NCBI GenBank assembly: GCA_963708135.1
Contig: OY970192.1
Coordinates: 2,112,001-2,176,000 of the forward strand
DNA from: an uncultured Gemmatimonadales bacterium
GTDB taxonomy: Bacteria > Gemmatimonadota > Gemmatimonadetes > Longimicrobiales > RSA9
Direction: 5' to 3'
Length of the DNA stretch: 64,000 bases
The notes beneath the pieces are model-generated. The model had not been told where the DNA came from. It was given only the letters and a program-made list of their open reading frames with translations, and did not search any database. A program made the position numbers and the translations under genes. Shown in pieces: positions 1 to 9,754 of this stretch (positions within the stretch are counted from its first letter, which is position 1; every line of letters begins with the position of its first letter).

Positions 1-2260
1 CCGGCATCCGGTGGAGGGCGCTCAGCTTCATCTCGGCCATGGCACGGTCCGTCTTCCCCGCTCTCAGGACCATGAGCAAGTTACCGGTCAGGACACCCCA
101 CAGGAACGGGTCCACACCCGCGCCGAGGGGAGGGCTGTCCACGAGAATCACGCTGTAGCTCGCGCGCAGATGGGCCATGAGCTCGCGCGCAGTCCGGGAG
201 GCGAGCAGCTCGGGGCCGTTCTGCAGCCGGGTGCCGGAGCCGATCAGGTCCAGCAGCGGCGTGCGAGTGTGCTGGAGGATCTCCTCGCGCGAGGCGCGCC
301 CCGCGAGATAGTCCGTGAGCCCCGGCTTGCGACTCCCGCCAAGCAGCCGGTGCAGCGCCCCGCGGCGGATGTCGCCATCCACGACGAGCGTGCGCCGCCC
401 GAGATCCGCGAAGGCGAGTGCCAGGTTCGCCACCAGGAAGGACTTGCCGTCCCCCGCGCCCGGGCTCGAGACCGTCACGACCATCGGACCCGCCGAGCCG
501 TACGCCTGCGCGAGACTGAGCCGGACGCCTCGCAGCGCCTCCAGCACCTGCGCCACGTCGGCGGACCCGACCACGCCGTCGCGCAGCTTCACGCCCGGGA
601 CGACGCCCAGCAGAGGCAGACCCATGCGTTGCGAGATCTCCTCGGGGTAGCGCACGCGCGTGTCGGCCCGATCGAGCGCCACCGCCAGGCCGACGCCGAG
701 CCCGAGGCTGCCGAGGAGCGCCAGCAGCGCCACCTCGATGCGCCGGTCGCTCGCCGGATCCTCCGGCACGGTGGCCCGGTCCAGGATCCGCACATCCGGC
801 ACGCTGGTCTCCGCCGCCAACCGCGCTTCCTCGAAGCGCCGGCGCAGGGTCTTGTAGAGATCCTCCGCCACCGACACCCGCCGCTCGAGGCGCGACTCGT
901 CGATGGCGCGCGGCGGGATCGCCTCGAGCTGCTGGGAGGCCGAGCCGACCAGCCGGTCCAGCTCCCTCTCTCGCGCCGCCAGGTTGGCCATGACGGCGCG
1001 GGCGAGGCGCGGAATCGTCTGCTGCTGCAACGAGTCAATGCCCGCAACCGCCTTCCGCACGACCGGGTTCTGATCTGTGTACTGCTGGCGGAGCGCGCGC
1101 AGCGACGCCCGCTTGCTCGTCAGGTCGTCGAGCGCCTGCTTCAGCTCCGGCGACTTCTCCACCGCGTCGATCATCGCGAGCGCGTCCACCGAAACCGTGG
1201 GGTTCGATGACAGCGCCTCGTCGATCGCGTCCTGCTCGCGCGCCAGCGTCTCCCTGTCCACCTTCATGTTGAAGTACCGGGACAGCACCGGGTTCTCCGT
1301 GACGTCGAGCCCGGGCGTCACCGGTGTGGAGCGGTCGGAGGGCAGCGTGATGGTGTGGACGCGGAACCCCTCCAGCTCGCCTTCGGCGGACTTCAGGTTC
1401 GCTTCCGCACTCGAGAGCTGGTCCCCCAGGATGTCGGCCACTTCCCGCATCTTGCTCGCCTTGAGCTCGGCGGCCACGGCGATGTAGCGGTCGGCCACCG
1501 CGTTCACGACGGCCGCGACCCGCGACGGGTCGGGATCGCTGTAGGAGAGGCGCAGGAAGTTGCCCTTGTCCGGCAGGCGCGCGTCGAACTTCTTGTTCAG
1601 CTCGCGCGCCGCGTCGCGCGGAGGCACGATCTTGAAACGGATCTCCCGCCCCGCCTTGAGCAGGCCCCGCGGCGGCTGCCACAGAAAGCCCAGGGAACGT
1701 CCCACCGAGTCTCCTGCCGCACCGTGGTCCAACGTCCGCCCATCGCCGCGCAGCTCGTATTCGCGGCCGGAATCCGACACCTCCAGCGTGTAGCTCCCGG
1801 GCCGGAACCGCTTTCCCACGGAGAAGCTGTGCATCGCCGGCGCCGCATCCGGGGGATACGTGAGGTACAGCCGCTGCTCCTGAACGACGTAGTCGAGCAC
1901 CGCGTAGGACCGCAGCAGATCGACCCATGCCGTCTGCTGGAGCAGCTCTCCAGGCTGCAGCGGGCCCTGCGCCACTTCCGCGCGATCCGGCGTGTCGATC
2001 CAGATCGTCGCCTCGGCCACGTACTGCGGGTGGACCAGACGCAATCCGATCAGGCCGCCCGCCGCACCGAGGACCGTCAAGCCCGCGATCATCCACTTGT
2101 AGCGGCGCACCGCCGCGAGCATCCGCGTCAGCCCGGCGGAGCCCGGCTCCTCCGGATTCAGTCCGTCCGTGAACGGCTGGGCGGCCGGCTGGAGCCCGGC
2201 CTCCGCGGGCAGCTCTCCCGGAAGAGAGGCACCCATCGACGTTGGCAGATCACTCGACAT
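1..2260 (-). CDS. wzc: Polysaccharide co-polymerase/tyrosine autokinase (Wzc-like), 3' end outside the window
   Basis: Absent from the ORF track because there is no stop in the window. Manual translation from ATG 2260: MSSDLPTS...RRYKWMIAGLTVLGAAGGLIGL..PQYVAEATIWID (Wzz-type N-terminal TM). The C-terminal part has Walker A SSPGAGDGKS followed by RTLVVDGDIRRG (~350-480). Confidence 0.9.
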   Translation of the reverse strand, partial: MSSDLPTSMGASLPGELPAEAGLQPAAQPFTDGLNPEEPGSAGLTRMLAAVRRYKWMIAGLTVLGAAGGLIGLRLVHPQYVAEATIWIDTPDRAEVAQGPLQPGELLQQTAWVDLLRSYAVLDYVVQEQRLYLTYPPDAAPAMHSFSVGKRFRPGSYTLEVSDSGREYELRGDGRTLDHGAAGDSVGRSLGFLWQPPRGLLKAGREIRFKIVPPRDAARELNKKFDARLPDKGNFLRLSYSDPDPSRVAAVVNAVADRYIAVAAELKASKMREVADILGDQLSSAEANLKSAEGELEGFRVHTITLPSDRSTPVTPGLDVTENPVLSRYFNMKVDRETLAREQDAIDEALSSNPTVSVDALAMIDAVEKSPELKQALDDLTSKRASLRALRQQYTDQNPVVRKAVAGIDSLQQQTIPRLARAVMANLAARERELDRLVGSASQQLEAIPPRAIDESRLERRVSVAEDLYKTLRRRFEEARLAAETSVPDVRILDRATVPEDPASDRRIEVALLALLGSLGLGVGLAVALDRADTRVRYPEEISQRMGLPLLGVVPGVKLRDGVVGSADVAQVLEALRGVRLSLAQAYGSAGPMVVTVSSPGAGDGKSFLVANLALAFADLGRRTLVVDGDIRRGALHRLLGGSRKPGLTDYLAGRASREEILQHTRTPLLDLIGSGTRLQNGPELLASRTARELMAHLRASYSVILVDSPPLGAGVDPFLWGVLTGNLLMVLRAGKTDRAMAEMKLSALHRMP

Positions 2261-2343
2261 GTCGGTCCGTTGAAACGCGGTATCGCGGCGCGGGCCAGCG
2301 CCCGTTCCGGACGCGGAACCCCCGCACGGCTGCTGATCGGGCA

Positions 2344-2359
2344 AGCAAGGCTGGTACCA
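2344..2359 (-). promoter_or_regulatory. sigma54 -24/-12 promoter for wzc
   Basis: Minus strand TGGTACCAGCCTTGCT (GG-N10-GC, TTGC), about 85 bp upstream of the wzc ATG. Confidence 0.7.
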
Positions 2360-2457
2360 CCGTGCTCGACTGCGCGCCGGAAGATCCGGAAGCTCAGGCG
2401 CCGCCGTGGCTCGCGCCACGCGCCTGCGGCTCTGGCGCGTGGCGCGGCAGCCAAGGG

Positions 2458-2475
2458 TGTGGCAGCCGCGCAACA
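2458..2475. promoter_or_regulatory. Palindromic activator site, copy 1
   Basis: TGTGGC-AGCCGC-GCAACA, one mismatch to TGTTGC-N6-GCAACA, in the divergent wzc/regulator intergenic region. Confidence 0.65.
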
Positions 2476-2672
2476 GTCGCGCCCGCCGCCCGTTCGCCCT
2501 CCGCGATCGGCCGCGCAACCCGCTCCTGCCTGCGCTCAGCGGCACCTGATAGGCGCCCGGCGGAACCGCCAAGGGCATCGCCCCGGCGACGGCACCCGCG
2601 TTGCGTTCGATGACGGGACCGCCAGTCGACGGGCCGGCGGCCCGTGCTCCTCTCCTCGAAAGACCGGAAGTG

Positions 2673-4208
2673 ATGTCGCTTCACGCAAGCAGCGACAGCG
2701 ACAACCGGGATCCGGGGCTCGCCGGCGGCGGTGACGCCGCTCGGACCGTCCCCGCGGTCCTCGATGCGGGGACCCGTTCGAGCGTGAAGGTCCTCGTGGC
2801 GGGCGACGATGCCGGCGTCCGAAGCCTCTGCGACGAAACGCTCCGATCGCTGGGATACGCGGTCACGGTATCCGGGCGGGCGGAGGAGGCGGCCGATCTG
2901 CTTCGCCGCCGCCGCTTCGACGTCGCGGTGGTGGATGGGGACCTGAACCGGGGCGAGTCCCCCGCCCTCATGCACAGCCTCGCGGCGGTCGCCTCCGAGA
3001 CATTCGTCGCGGTGATCACCGGGGCGGTTCCCGTCCAGTCGGTGCTCGATGCCCCTCCGTTCGCGCGGGCGTTCCTGGCCAAGCCGTTCACCGCGCGACA
3101 TCTCGAGCTGGTCGTGGAGCGGCTCGCGCACGGCGTGCTCGCCGCGCGGCGTGTCCGCTCGCTCCGGCACGACATGGCCGGAGGCGGGCCCGGGGAGGCG
3201 ATCTCGGTCATCGGGCAGTCGGCCGCGCTGAGGCAGGCGGTCGAGCTCGCGCGCCGCGTGGCGCCCACGGAGGCGCCGGTCTTCATCACGGGCGAGAGCG
3301 GCAGCGGCAAGGAGCAGATCGCCCAGTTCATCCATCTGCACAGCAGGCGCGCCGCCCGGCCGATGCTCGCGCTGAACTGCGCGGCGCTGCCGGAGGCGCT
3401 CCTCGAGTCGGAGATGTTCGGGCACCGTCGAGGCGCGTTCACGGGTGCCGTGGGGGAGCGACCGGGTCTGCTCGAGGCCGCTCATCGAAGCAGCCTCTTC
3501 CTGGACGAGCTCACCGAGATGCCCGTGACGCTCCAGGCCAAGCTTCTGCGCGTGATCCAGGACGGTCACGTGCGCCGCGTCGGCAGCAACTCGACGGACG
3601 CGGTGGTGGACGTCCGCTTCATCGCGGCCACGAACCGCCCCCCGCAGGAGGCGATCACGGAAGGGCGGCTGCGGCGCGACCTCTTCTACCGGCTGCGCGT
3701 CATCCCGATCCACATCCCGCCGCTGCGCGAGCGGACCGAGGACATCCCGGCGCTGGCGTCGTACTTCCTCGAGGACTTCTGGTCGCGGCACCGCCTGGGG
3801 GAGATTCCAATGCCGGTGCTGGGCGCCGACGCCATCGCCGACCTGCAGGCGCGGCCCTGGCCAGGCAACGTGCGCGAGCTGCAGAACACGATCGAGTACG
3901 CCGTGGTCCTGCTCGACCCCGGGCAGGTGATCACACCCGACGACCTGCCGGCCTTCGGCGAGGGCGGCGAGCGAGGAGTCGGGATCGGGCGTGCCGCGGC
4001 GGGGGAGGACTTCGCGGGCGAAAGCTACCACGAGGCGAGAGAGCGGGTGCTGGCGGAGTTCGAGCGTGGCTACCTCACCTGGCTGGTCGATCGCGCCACC
4101 GGCAACATCTCGAGGGCCGCGCGCATGGCCGGCGTGGACCGCACGACGCTCTACCGCCTCATGGACAAGTACGGCTTCCAGCGCGGCGCCAGCGTAAACG
4201 AGCGTTAG
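2673..4208 (+). CDS. sigma54-dependent activator (REC-AAA+-Fis HTH), paralog 1
   Basis: GESGSGKE Walker A, GAFTGA loop, LFLDE Walker B, WPGNVRELQN, and HTH ISRAARMAGVDRTTLYRLM. The N-terminal receiver is divergent. Start uncertain (2601-2673). Confidence 0.92.
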   Translation: MSLHASSDSDNRDPGLAGGGDAARTVPAVLDAGTRSSVKVLVAGDDAGVRSLCDETLRSLGYAVTVSGRAEEAADLLRRRRFDVAVVDGDLNRGESPALMHSLAAVASETFVAVITGAVPVQSVLDAPPFARAFLAKPFTARHLELVVERLAHGVLAARRVRSLRHDMAGGGPGEAISVIGQSAALRQAVELARRVAPTEAPVFITGESGSGKEQIAQFIHLHSRRAARPMLALNCAALPEALLESEMFGHRRGAFTGAVGERPGLLEAAHRSSLFLDELTEMPVTLQAKLLRVIQDGHVRRVGSNSTDAVVDVRFIAATNRPPQEAITEGRLRRDLFYRLRVIPIHIPPLRERTEDIPALASYFLEDFWSRHRLGEIPMPVLGADAIADLQARPWPGNVRELQNTIEYAVVLLDPGQVITPDDLPAFGEGGERGVGIGRAAAGEDFAGESYHEARERVLAEFERGYLTWLVDRATGNISRAARMAGVDRTTLYRLMDKYGFQRGASVNER

Positions 4209-4233
4209 GTCCTGCCCGCGGCGCTCCCTTTCC

Positions 4234-5415
4234 TCATCCGGCTGCGACCACATCCCGGCGCGTCGGCTCCCAGAGCGCCTGCCGCTCCTGCCGGAGCGCG
4301 TGGAAGAAGGCATGGATCGCCGCGACGTTTCCCGCGAGAACGTAGGCCGGCAGGGCCAGCATGCGGGGCAGCCGCCGCTTGCCCGCGAGCAGCCAACCGA
4401 GCCCGCCGGCGGCAGTGAGCGCGGCCGCCGGAACTGCTGCCCAGAGGGCCGCCGGCCGAACGATCGAGAGAAGCGCCAGCCCCACGGCCCCGCCCGCCGC
4501 CGCCCATGGCACCATCCAGCGGCAGATCTTGTGGCTGAACAGCATCCAGGAGAAGCGGCCGTACCGGACCGGGTCGAGGAGCGCTCGCCGGTTCCACAGC
4601 GTCTCCATGCCCCGCCCGATGGTGCGGACCTTCCGGCGGTACTCCGTCCGGAGCGAGGCCGTTCGCGGGACGAGACAGGTCGCCTCGTCCACCGACACGG
4701 CCCGGTAGCCCTTCTCCCGCGCGATCAGTGCCGCCGCGAAATCCCGGCTCAGGTGGCCCGGCAGCGGCACGCGGTGCAGCTCGCGCCGGATCGCATAGAA
4801 GCAGCCGGACGCCCCGACGATCCCCCCGGCGCCAGTCTCCAGCCGCCGCACCCACATCTCGTAGCCGACGTAGCCCGACTCGCCTCCATTCGCGGTCGCG
4901 TCCGTGGCGCCGACGCTGATGTCGCGCCCGGAGGCGAGACCGACGGCGGGATCCGCCAGTTCACGGACCAGGGGCTTCAGCGCCCCCGGCTGAATCCGGA
5001 TCGAGGCGTCCGTGTTCACCACGATGTCCCCGCGCAGGTGCGGCGCCGCCGCGCTCTCCGCCGCTCCCTTGCCCCCCCGCCGAGGCATGCGCAGCAGCTC
5101 GACGCCCGAAGCCGCGTACTCCGCGACGATGGCGTCGGTGCCATCCGTCGAAGCGTCGGAGACCACCAGGATCTGGAGCCGGTCGGACGGATAGTCGATC
5201 CGGAGGAGCGCCTCCACGGCGCCGCGGATCTGCGCGGCCTCGTTGTACGCCGGCAACGCGATGCTCACGGCGGGCCACTCCTCGAGCCCGCCTCGCGCGC
5301 CCGCCGCCGGACCATCCCGACCCCCGAGACCGAGCAGGATGAGCGGATAGCCCACGTACGCGTACACCGCCAGCGCCACGGCCCCCGTGACCAGGGCCAA
5401 CCCGATGATCGTCAT
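4234..5415 (-). CDS. GT2 glycosyltransferase, membrane-anchored
   Basis: PAYNEA, SDASTDGT, GKGAA, NTDA and RRKVR motifs; N- and C-terminal TM segments. Confidence 0.88.
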   Translation of the reverse strand: MTIIGLALVTGAVALAVYAYVGYPLILLGLGGRDGPAAGARGGLEEWPAVSIALPAYNEAAQIRGAVEALLRIDYPSDRLQILVVSDASTDGTDAIVAEYAASGVELLRMPRRGGKGAAESAAAPHLRGDIVVNTDASIRIQPGALKPLVRELADPAVGLASGRDISVGATDATANGGESGYVGYEMWVRRLETGAGGIVGASGCFYAIRRELHRVPLPGHLSRDFAAALIAREKGYRAVSVDEATCLVPRTASLRTEYRRKVRTIGRGMETLWNRRALLDPVRYGRFSWMLFSHKICRWMVPWAAAGGAVGLALLSIVRPAALWAAVPAAALTAAGGLGWLLAGKRRLPRMLALPAYVLAGNVAAIHAFFHALRQERQALWEPTRRDVVAAG

Positions 5416-5749
5416 CCGTTACAGTTCCTGCGCGAGAGGGAAGCGCCGTCCGAGGTCCACGGTACGGCGGTGGAAGACGTGGTGGAAAGTTCCGTGCCGG
5501 CCATCGCCGCCGTCGTGCCGCCACCGCTCCCGGCCGGGTGTGGTGGGCGTCCCACAGCCGTAGTGGGAAGAGCGCAGCGCGGGGCGCCGCACGGGAAGCC
5601 GGTGATGCTGCGCAAGTCGCTGCCCTAGCAATGTTTAGGTAGCATTTGGCGGCCGTGCCGCGGGTGCGAACGCACCTTGCACCGGCACCTCGCTGCCAAT
5701 CGTCCCAACGGCGGGCTGTCTATCCCCGTTTCGCTTCTGGAGCGTCTCT

Positions 5750-6514
5750 GTGTTTCGCAACCCCGAGCAGAGCGTAGTCTCGTTCGAGCGCGCCACGCAG
5801 GACAGGTCGGCCGTCCTTTCCCGCCTCCGGCCCCTCGACTTCCGTGACCTGATCCCGTTCGATGGTGCCGCCGACCTGGCGGGCGGCAGTGTCCGCCGGC
5901 TGCTCAACGTGGCCGTCGCGGCGACGGGCCTGGTGCTTGGCGCCCCTCTCATGCTGCTGATCGCGGTGCTGATCAAGCTGCTGGACGGTGGGCCGGTGAT
6001 CTACCGCCAGACACGCGTCGGCGTCGACCGGCGCAGGCCGGGCAGCGGTGGCAATCACCGTCGCAGCGTCGATCTGGGCGGCAGGCCGTTCACCATGTAC
6101 AAGTTCCGCACGATGCGCGTGGCGCAGGATGAGCGCGCGCAGGTCTGGGCGTCCCCGGACGATCCCCGCGTCACCCGGCTCGGGCGGCTGCTGCGCAGGA
6201 GCCGCCTGGATGAGCTCCCGCAGCTCTGGAACGTGCTGCGGGGAGACATGAACATCGTGGGTCCGCGGCCGGAGCAGCCCGAGATCTTCATGGACCTGCG
6301 CACGCAGATCCGGCGCTACTCCCAGCGCCAGCGTGTTCTGCCTGGCATCACGGGTTGGGCGCAGGTGAATCTGACCTACGACCGCGATGTGGCCGACGTT
6401 CGGAGGAAGCTGGAGTACGACCTGCGCTACATCTCGCGCCAATCCGCGCTGGAGGACATGCGGATCATGGCGCGCACCATCCCGATCGTCCTTCTCCGCA
6501 GGGGGGCCTGGTAG
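5750..6514 (+). CDS. Priming undecaprenyl-phosphate sugar transferase (Bac_transf family)
   Basis: FTMYKFRTM, DPRVTRLGRLLRRSRLDELPQLWNVLRGDMNIVGPRPE, PGITGWAQV, ends GAW. Confidence 0.93.
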   Translation: MFRNPEQSVVSFERATQDRSAVLSRLRPLDFRDLIPFDGAADLAGGSVRRLLNVAVAATGLVLGAPLMLLIAVLIKLLDGGPVIYRQTRVGVDRRRPGSGGNHRRSVDLGGRPFTMYKFRTMRVAQDERAQVWASPDDPRVTRLGRLLRRSRLDELPQLWNVLRGDMNIVGPRPEQPEIFMDLRTQIRRYSQRQRVLPGITGWAQVNLTYDRDVADVRRKLEYDLRYISRQSALEDMRIMARTIPIVLLRRGAW

Positions 6515-7422
6515 TGGATCGCCCCGCGGCTCTGCTCGATCCGCCGGGCGCGGCGGACCGAGCGGAGCCGATCGCCGCCTCCGCCCCCGGACCGACGGAG
6601 CTCCTGCCGGCCGCGGCCACCGCCGCGGCTTTCGTCGTCCTGTTCTGGACGCCCATGCGCACGCTGGTGGCGGACTGGTGGTCCGATCCGAACGCGCAGC
6701 ACGGCCTGCTTCTGGCGCCGCTCGCCGTCTACCTCGCCTGGAAGGCGGGCTGGGCCGAGGACGCGCGGCCGCGACCGCTTCTCGGCCTCGGCTTGCTGGC
6801 GTCGGCCGCGGTGCTGCGCTGGATCTCGGCCGTCGCGGCCGAGTACTTCACCATGCGATTCTCGATGCTGCTCGGGACCGTCGCCCTGGTCGTGCTGTAC
6901 CGCGGCGGCCGGCAGGTCCTCCGGTGGTGGCTCCCGCTCGGGCTGCTCCTGCTCTCGATCCCGCTCCCCAACATGGTGCTGAACACGCTGGCGCTGCCGC
7001 TCCAGTTCAAGGCGTCGCAACTGGGTGCGGGGATGCTCGAGCTGCGCCACATCCCCGTTCATCTCAGCGGCAACATCATCCAGCTGCCGGGGCGGACGCT
7101 GTTCGTGACGGAGGCGTGCAGCGGACTGCGCTCGCTGACGGCCCTTCTCGCGCTCGGGCTGCTGATCGGCGGCCTGTGGCTGCGCTCTCCCCTCACGCGC
7201 GCGCTGCTCGTCGCCCTGGCCATTCCGGTAGCCGTGCTCCTGAACGGCATCCGGGTGTTCCTGACCGGATTCCTGGTCTTCTTCGTCAACCCCGAGCTGG
7301 GCGAGGGCCTGCTGCACATGACGGAAGGCTGGGCGATCTTCGTCGTCGCGTTCGTGATCCTCGGCGCTGTCGCCTGGATGCTGGCCGGGCTCGAGGCGCT
7401 GCGCTCGCGGAGGGCGGCATGA
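6514..7422 (+). CDS. Exosortase (EpsH/XrtA-like) transpeptidase
   Basis: Multi-TM protein with Cys/Arg/His motifs VTEACSGLRSL, LNGIRV and LHMTEG. GTG 6514 overlaps the upstream stop. Confidence 0.92.
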   Translation: MDRPAALLDPPGAADRAEPIAASAPGPTELLPAAATAAAFVVLFWTPMRTLVADWWSDPNAQHGLLLAPLAVYLAWKAGWAEDARPRPLLGLGLLASAAVLRWISAVAAEYFTMRFSMLLGTVALVVLYRGGRQVLRWWLPLGLLLLSIPLPNMVLNTLALPLQFKASQLGAGMLELRHIPVHLSGNIIQLPGRTLFVTEACSGLRSLTALLALGLLIGGLWLRSPLTRALLVALAIPVAVLLNGIRVFLTGFLVFFVNPELGEGLLHMTEGWAIFVVAFVILGAVAWMLAGLEALRSRRAA

Positions 7423-8060
7423 CGCGCGCGCGCCTCCGCTGGGCCCCCGCCGCGATTCTCGGTCTCGGCGCCGTGGCGACGCTCGGCGTTTCCGCCGAGC
7501 GGGCGCTTCCGCTCCGCGAACCGCTCGGCACGGCGGTACCCGAGCGGATCGCCGGTCTCGACGGCAGCGACCAGCCGGTTTCGGCCGCCGAGCGGCAGGT
7601 TTCCGGCGTGGGCGACTACCTGTTCAGGATCTACGACACGCCGGGCGGCCAGGGGCCTCTCTTCACCATCTACGTCGGGTACTATCCGAGTCAGCGACAG
7701 GGCAAGAGCATCCACTCACCGAAGAACTGCCTTCCCGGCGCGGGCTGGGAGCCCCTGACGTCGCGTCAGGAGATGATCGCCACGGCGGACGGTCCCGTAC
7801 CGGTCAACCAGTATCTGCTCCGCAAGGGAGACGAGTACGCACTCGTCCTCTACTGGTATCAGGGACGGGGCCGCGTGGTGGCCAACGAGTACTCGGTGAA
7901 GTGGTACCTGCTCCGCGACTCGGCCTTCCGCCACCGCAGCGACGAAGCGCTGGTGCGCGTGCTCGTGCCGGTCACGGGCTCGCAGGAGAGCGCCTCGGAG
8001 CTGGCGCGGAAAGTGGCCGCCAGGCTGGTGCCCGCCGTCAGCCAGGCCCTGCCGAGCTGA
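7419..8060 (+). CDS. epsI: EpsI family exosortase-associated protein
   Basis: YVGYYPSQRQGKSIHSPKNCLPGAGW, YWYQGRGR and DEALVRV; ATGA-coupled to the exosortase. Confidence 0.88.
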   Translation: MTRARLRWAPAAILGLGAVATLGVSAERALPLREPLGTAVPERIAGLDGSDQPVSAAERQVSGVGDYLFRIYDTPGGQGPLFTIYVGYYPSQRQGKSIHSPKNCLPGAGWEPLTSRQEMIATADGPVPVNQYLLRKGDEYALVLYWYQGRGRVVANEYSVKWYLLRDSAFRHRSDEALVRVLVPVTGSQESASELARKVAARLVPAVSQALPS

Positions 8061-8067
8061 GAGCCGC

Positions 8068-8307
8068 GTGGAGCGAGCTGCTCCCGACTCCACCGCCTCC
8101 CGGCGCGCTGGACGGCGCCACCCCGCACCGATACGTTCGGGAATGCCCCCGCCCGCCGGCCCTTCCGGACTCGTGATCATCCCCGCCGCCATCGGGGTCG
8201 TGGCTCTCGCAGCCATCGCGGGCGCAACCTGGGGCGCGAAGGCATTCGTGGGCATCTGCCTCGTCGCCTCCATTCTCGCCGGACTGCTGATCACGCGCGG
8301 GAAGTGA
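8068..8307 (+). CDS. Small hypothetical membrane protein (start may be ATG 8143)
   Basis: Two hydrophobic segments ending TRGK, directly after epsI; overlaps the convergent gene by 17 bp. Confidence 0.4.
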   Translation: MERAAPDSTASRRAGRRHPAPIRSGMPPPAGPSGLVIIPAAIGVVALAAIAGATWGAKAFVGICLVASILAGLLITRGK

Positions 8308-9454
8308 CGTCGCGGTAGATCTCCTCGTAGCGCGTGAGCCAGGGCTCGACGCCGAACGCCCGGTCCAGCCGCTCGCGTGCGCGGCCTGCCCGCGCGCGCG
8401 CCGCGTCGCGATCCTCCAGCACACGAGCGATCGCGCCCGCGAGCGCAGCGGCGGAATCCGGCGGAACGAGCATCGCCTCAGTCGGCGAGAGCACGTCCGG
8501 CACACCTCCGACCGCCGTGGCCACGATCGGAACGGCCGCCGCCATCGCCTCCAGCAGCACGATCGGGGTGCCCTCCGTCCGCGAGCTGAGGGTGAACACA
8601 TCGAAGGCCGGAAGCAGATCGCCCGCACCCGCGACCGCGCCGTACCAGTGGAAGCGCTCCGCCACGCCCGCCGAGACGGCCCGCGCCTCCAGGCGACGCC
8701 GCTCCCGCCCATCTCCGAGCACGGCGAACTCCAGCGGCGGACCGGCGATTCGCGCAGCTGCGTCCACGAGCAGATCGGCGGCCTTCTCCCGGCTGAGGCG
8801 GCCGATCCAGCCGACCACCAGCAAGTCCTCGTGGAGTCCGAGCCGCGTACGCGCGTCGGTGCGCGAGAGGCCGCCGGGACGCCCGCCCCAGGCGTTCGGA
8901 ACGACATGGATCCGGCGCGAAGCCGCCCCCGCCCGCCGCAGCTCCCGCACCTGCGCCCTCGACACCGCCACCACCGCATCCATCCCGCGGTAGCTCCGCC
9001 GCTGGAGCCACTCGTATGCCCGGTTCTTCCATCCCGAGCGGGTGAAGCCGTGAACGGTGGTGACGGTCGGAATCCCCAGCCGCCGAGCCACCCCGGACGC
9101 CAGAACATCGCTCCGGTAGCCGTGCGTGTGGACGACATCCGGCCGCAGCCTAGCGCACAGCTCCCGGAGAAGCCGCCGCTCGCGCCGATACGCCCGATCG
9201 GGGACGACGACCGGATGGACCGCAGCGCCGGCGGCCCGCAGCGCCTCAAGGACCGGGTGCCCCTCTTCCCCGGGGCCGACCACCGCCGCCACGTGGACAT
9301 GGTGTCCGCGCCGGACATGCCCCGCGGCGAGCGCTTCCACCACCGCCTCCAGGCCCCCGTAGGGCGCAGGCGCCAGCACGTGCAGCACCACGAGTGGCGA
9401 CGCTATGGGCACCGCCTCCCTGCCCGCCGTCGTTTCGCCTGTCGCCATCGGCAT
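8291..9454 (-). CDS. GT4 glycosyltransferase
   Basis: VLHVL..YGGLE, DVVHTHG, GRLSREK, SSRTEGTPIVLLEAMAA. Start trimmed to ATG 9454/9448 from the track's 9538. Confidence 0.9.
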   Translation of the reverse strand: MPMATGETTAGREAVPIASPLVVLHVLAPAPYGGLEAVVEALAAGHVRRGHHVHVAAVVGPGEEGHPVLEALRAAGAAVHPVVVPDRAYRRERRLLRELCARLRPDVVHTHGYRSDVLASGVARRLGIPTVTTVHGFTRSGWKNRAYEWLQRRSYRGMDAVVAVSRAQVRELRRAGAASRRIHVVPNAWGGRPGGLSRTDARTRLGLHEDLLVVGWIGRLSREKAADLLVDAAARIAGPPLEFAVLGDGRERRRLEARAVSAGVAERFHWYGAVAGAGDLLPAFDVFTLSSRTEGTPIVLLEAMAAAVPIVATAVGGVPDVLSPTEAMLVPPDSAAALAGAIARVLEDRDAARARAGRARERLDRAFGVEPWLTRYEEIYRDVTSRA

Positions 9455-9486
9455 TTCCGTCGTCCCGATCGCCGTCCGCCAGCAGG

Positions 9487-9504
9487 TGTTGCGCGCGCGC
9501 AACA
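9487..9504. promoter_or_regulatory. Palindromic activator site, copy 2 (perfect)
   Basis: TGTTGC-GCGCGC-GCAACA between divergent GT4 genes. Confidence 0.75.
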
Positions 9505-9669
9505 CTCGCCGCTGCGGCAGCCGTTTCTGCCGCTCCACGAGCGCGGATCACCGCCGCGCGGCCGGGCCGACACGGAGGGTCGGAAGCTCGATTGAGGGGT
9601 AAGATCGCGCGGAGCCCCGCGCCTCACCGGCGCGGCCGACTCGACGCGGCGGATCCCGGGGTGGCGGGT

Positions 9670-9685
9670 TGGCAAGATCCATGCA
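9670..9685 (+). promoter_or_regulatory. sigma54 -24/-12 promoter
   Basis: TGGCAAGATCCATGCA (GG-N10-GC), 70 bp upstream of ATG 9755. Confidence 0.7.
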
Positions 9686-9754
9686 CTGCGCGCTTCCGCG
9701 CGCTCCCAGGGATCGGAGCGCAGATTCGTCCGTCCAGCGCCGCGGAAATTCCTA

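Noticed and set aside
11..1210. Long ORFs in the track such as 11..1210+, 2394..4313-, 11142..13451-, 41375..43846+, 50891..53125+ and 61807..63645+
   Set aside because: Antisense or off-frame shadows of well-supported genes in high-GC DNA; Arg/Pro/Ala-rich with no family motifs.
2540..2555. CGGCACCTGATAGGCG as a sigma54 promoter for activator 1
   Set aside because: Spacing is correct but it has AG instead of TT before GC; such matches are expected by chance at this GC content.
5539..5681. Possible eighth activator site TGTGGT-N6-CCCACA (5539-5556) and sigma54 element before the priming transferase
   Set aside because: Only TGT-N12-ACA is kept. The best TTGCA element has CG instead of the invariant GG, and the alternative lacks the T-rich -14 region. 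Too weak to call.
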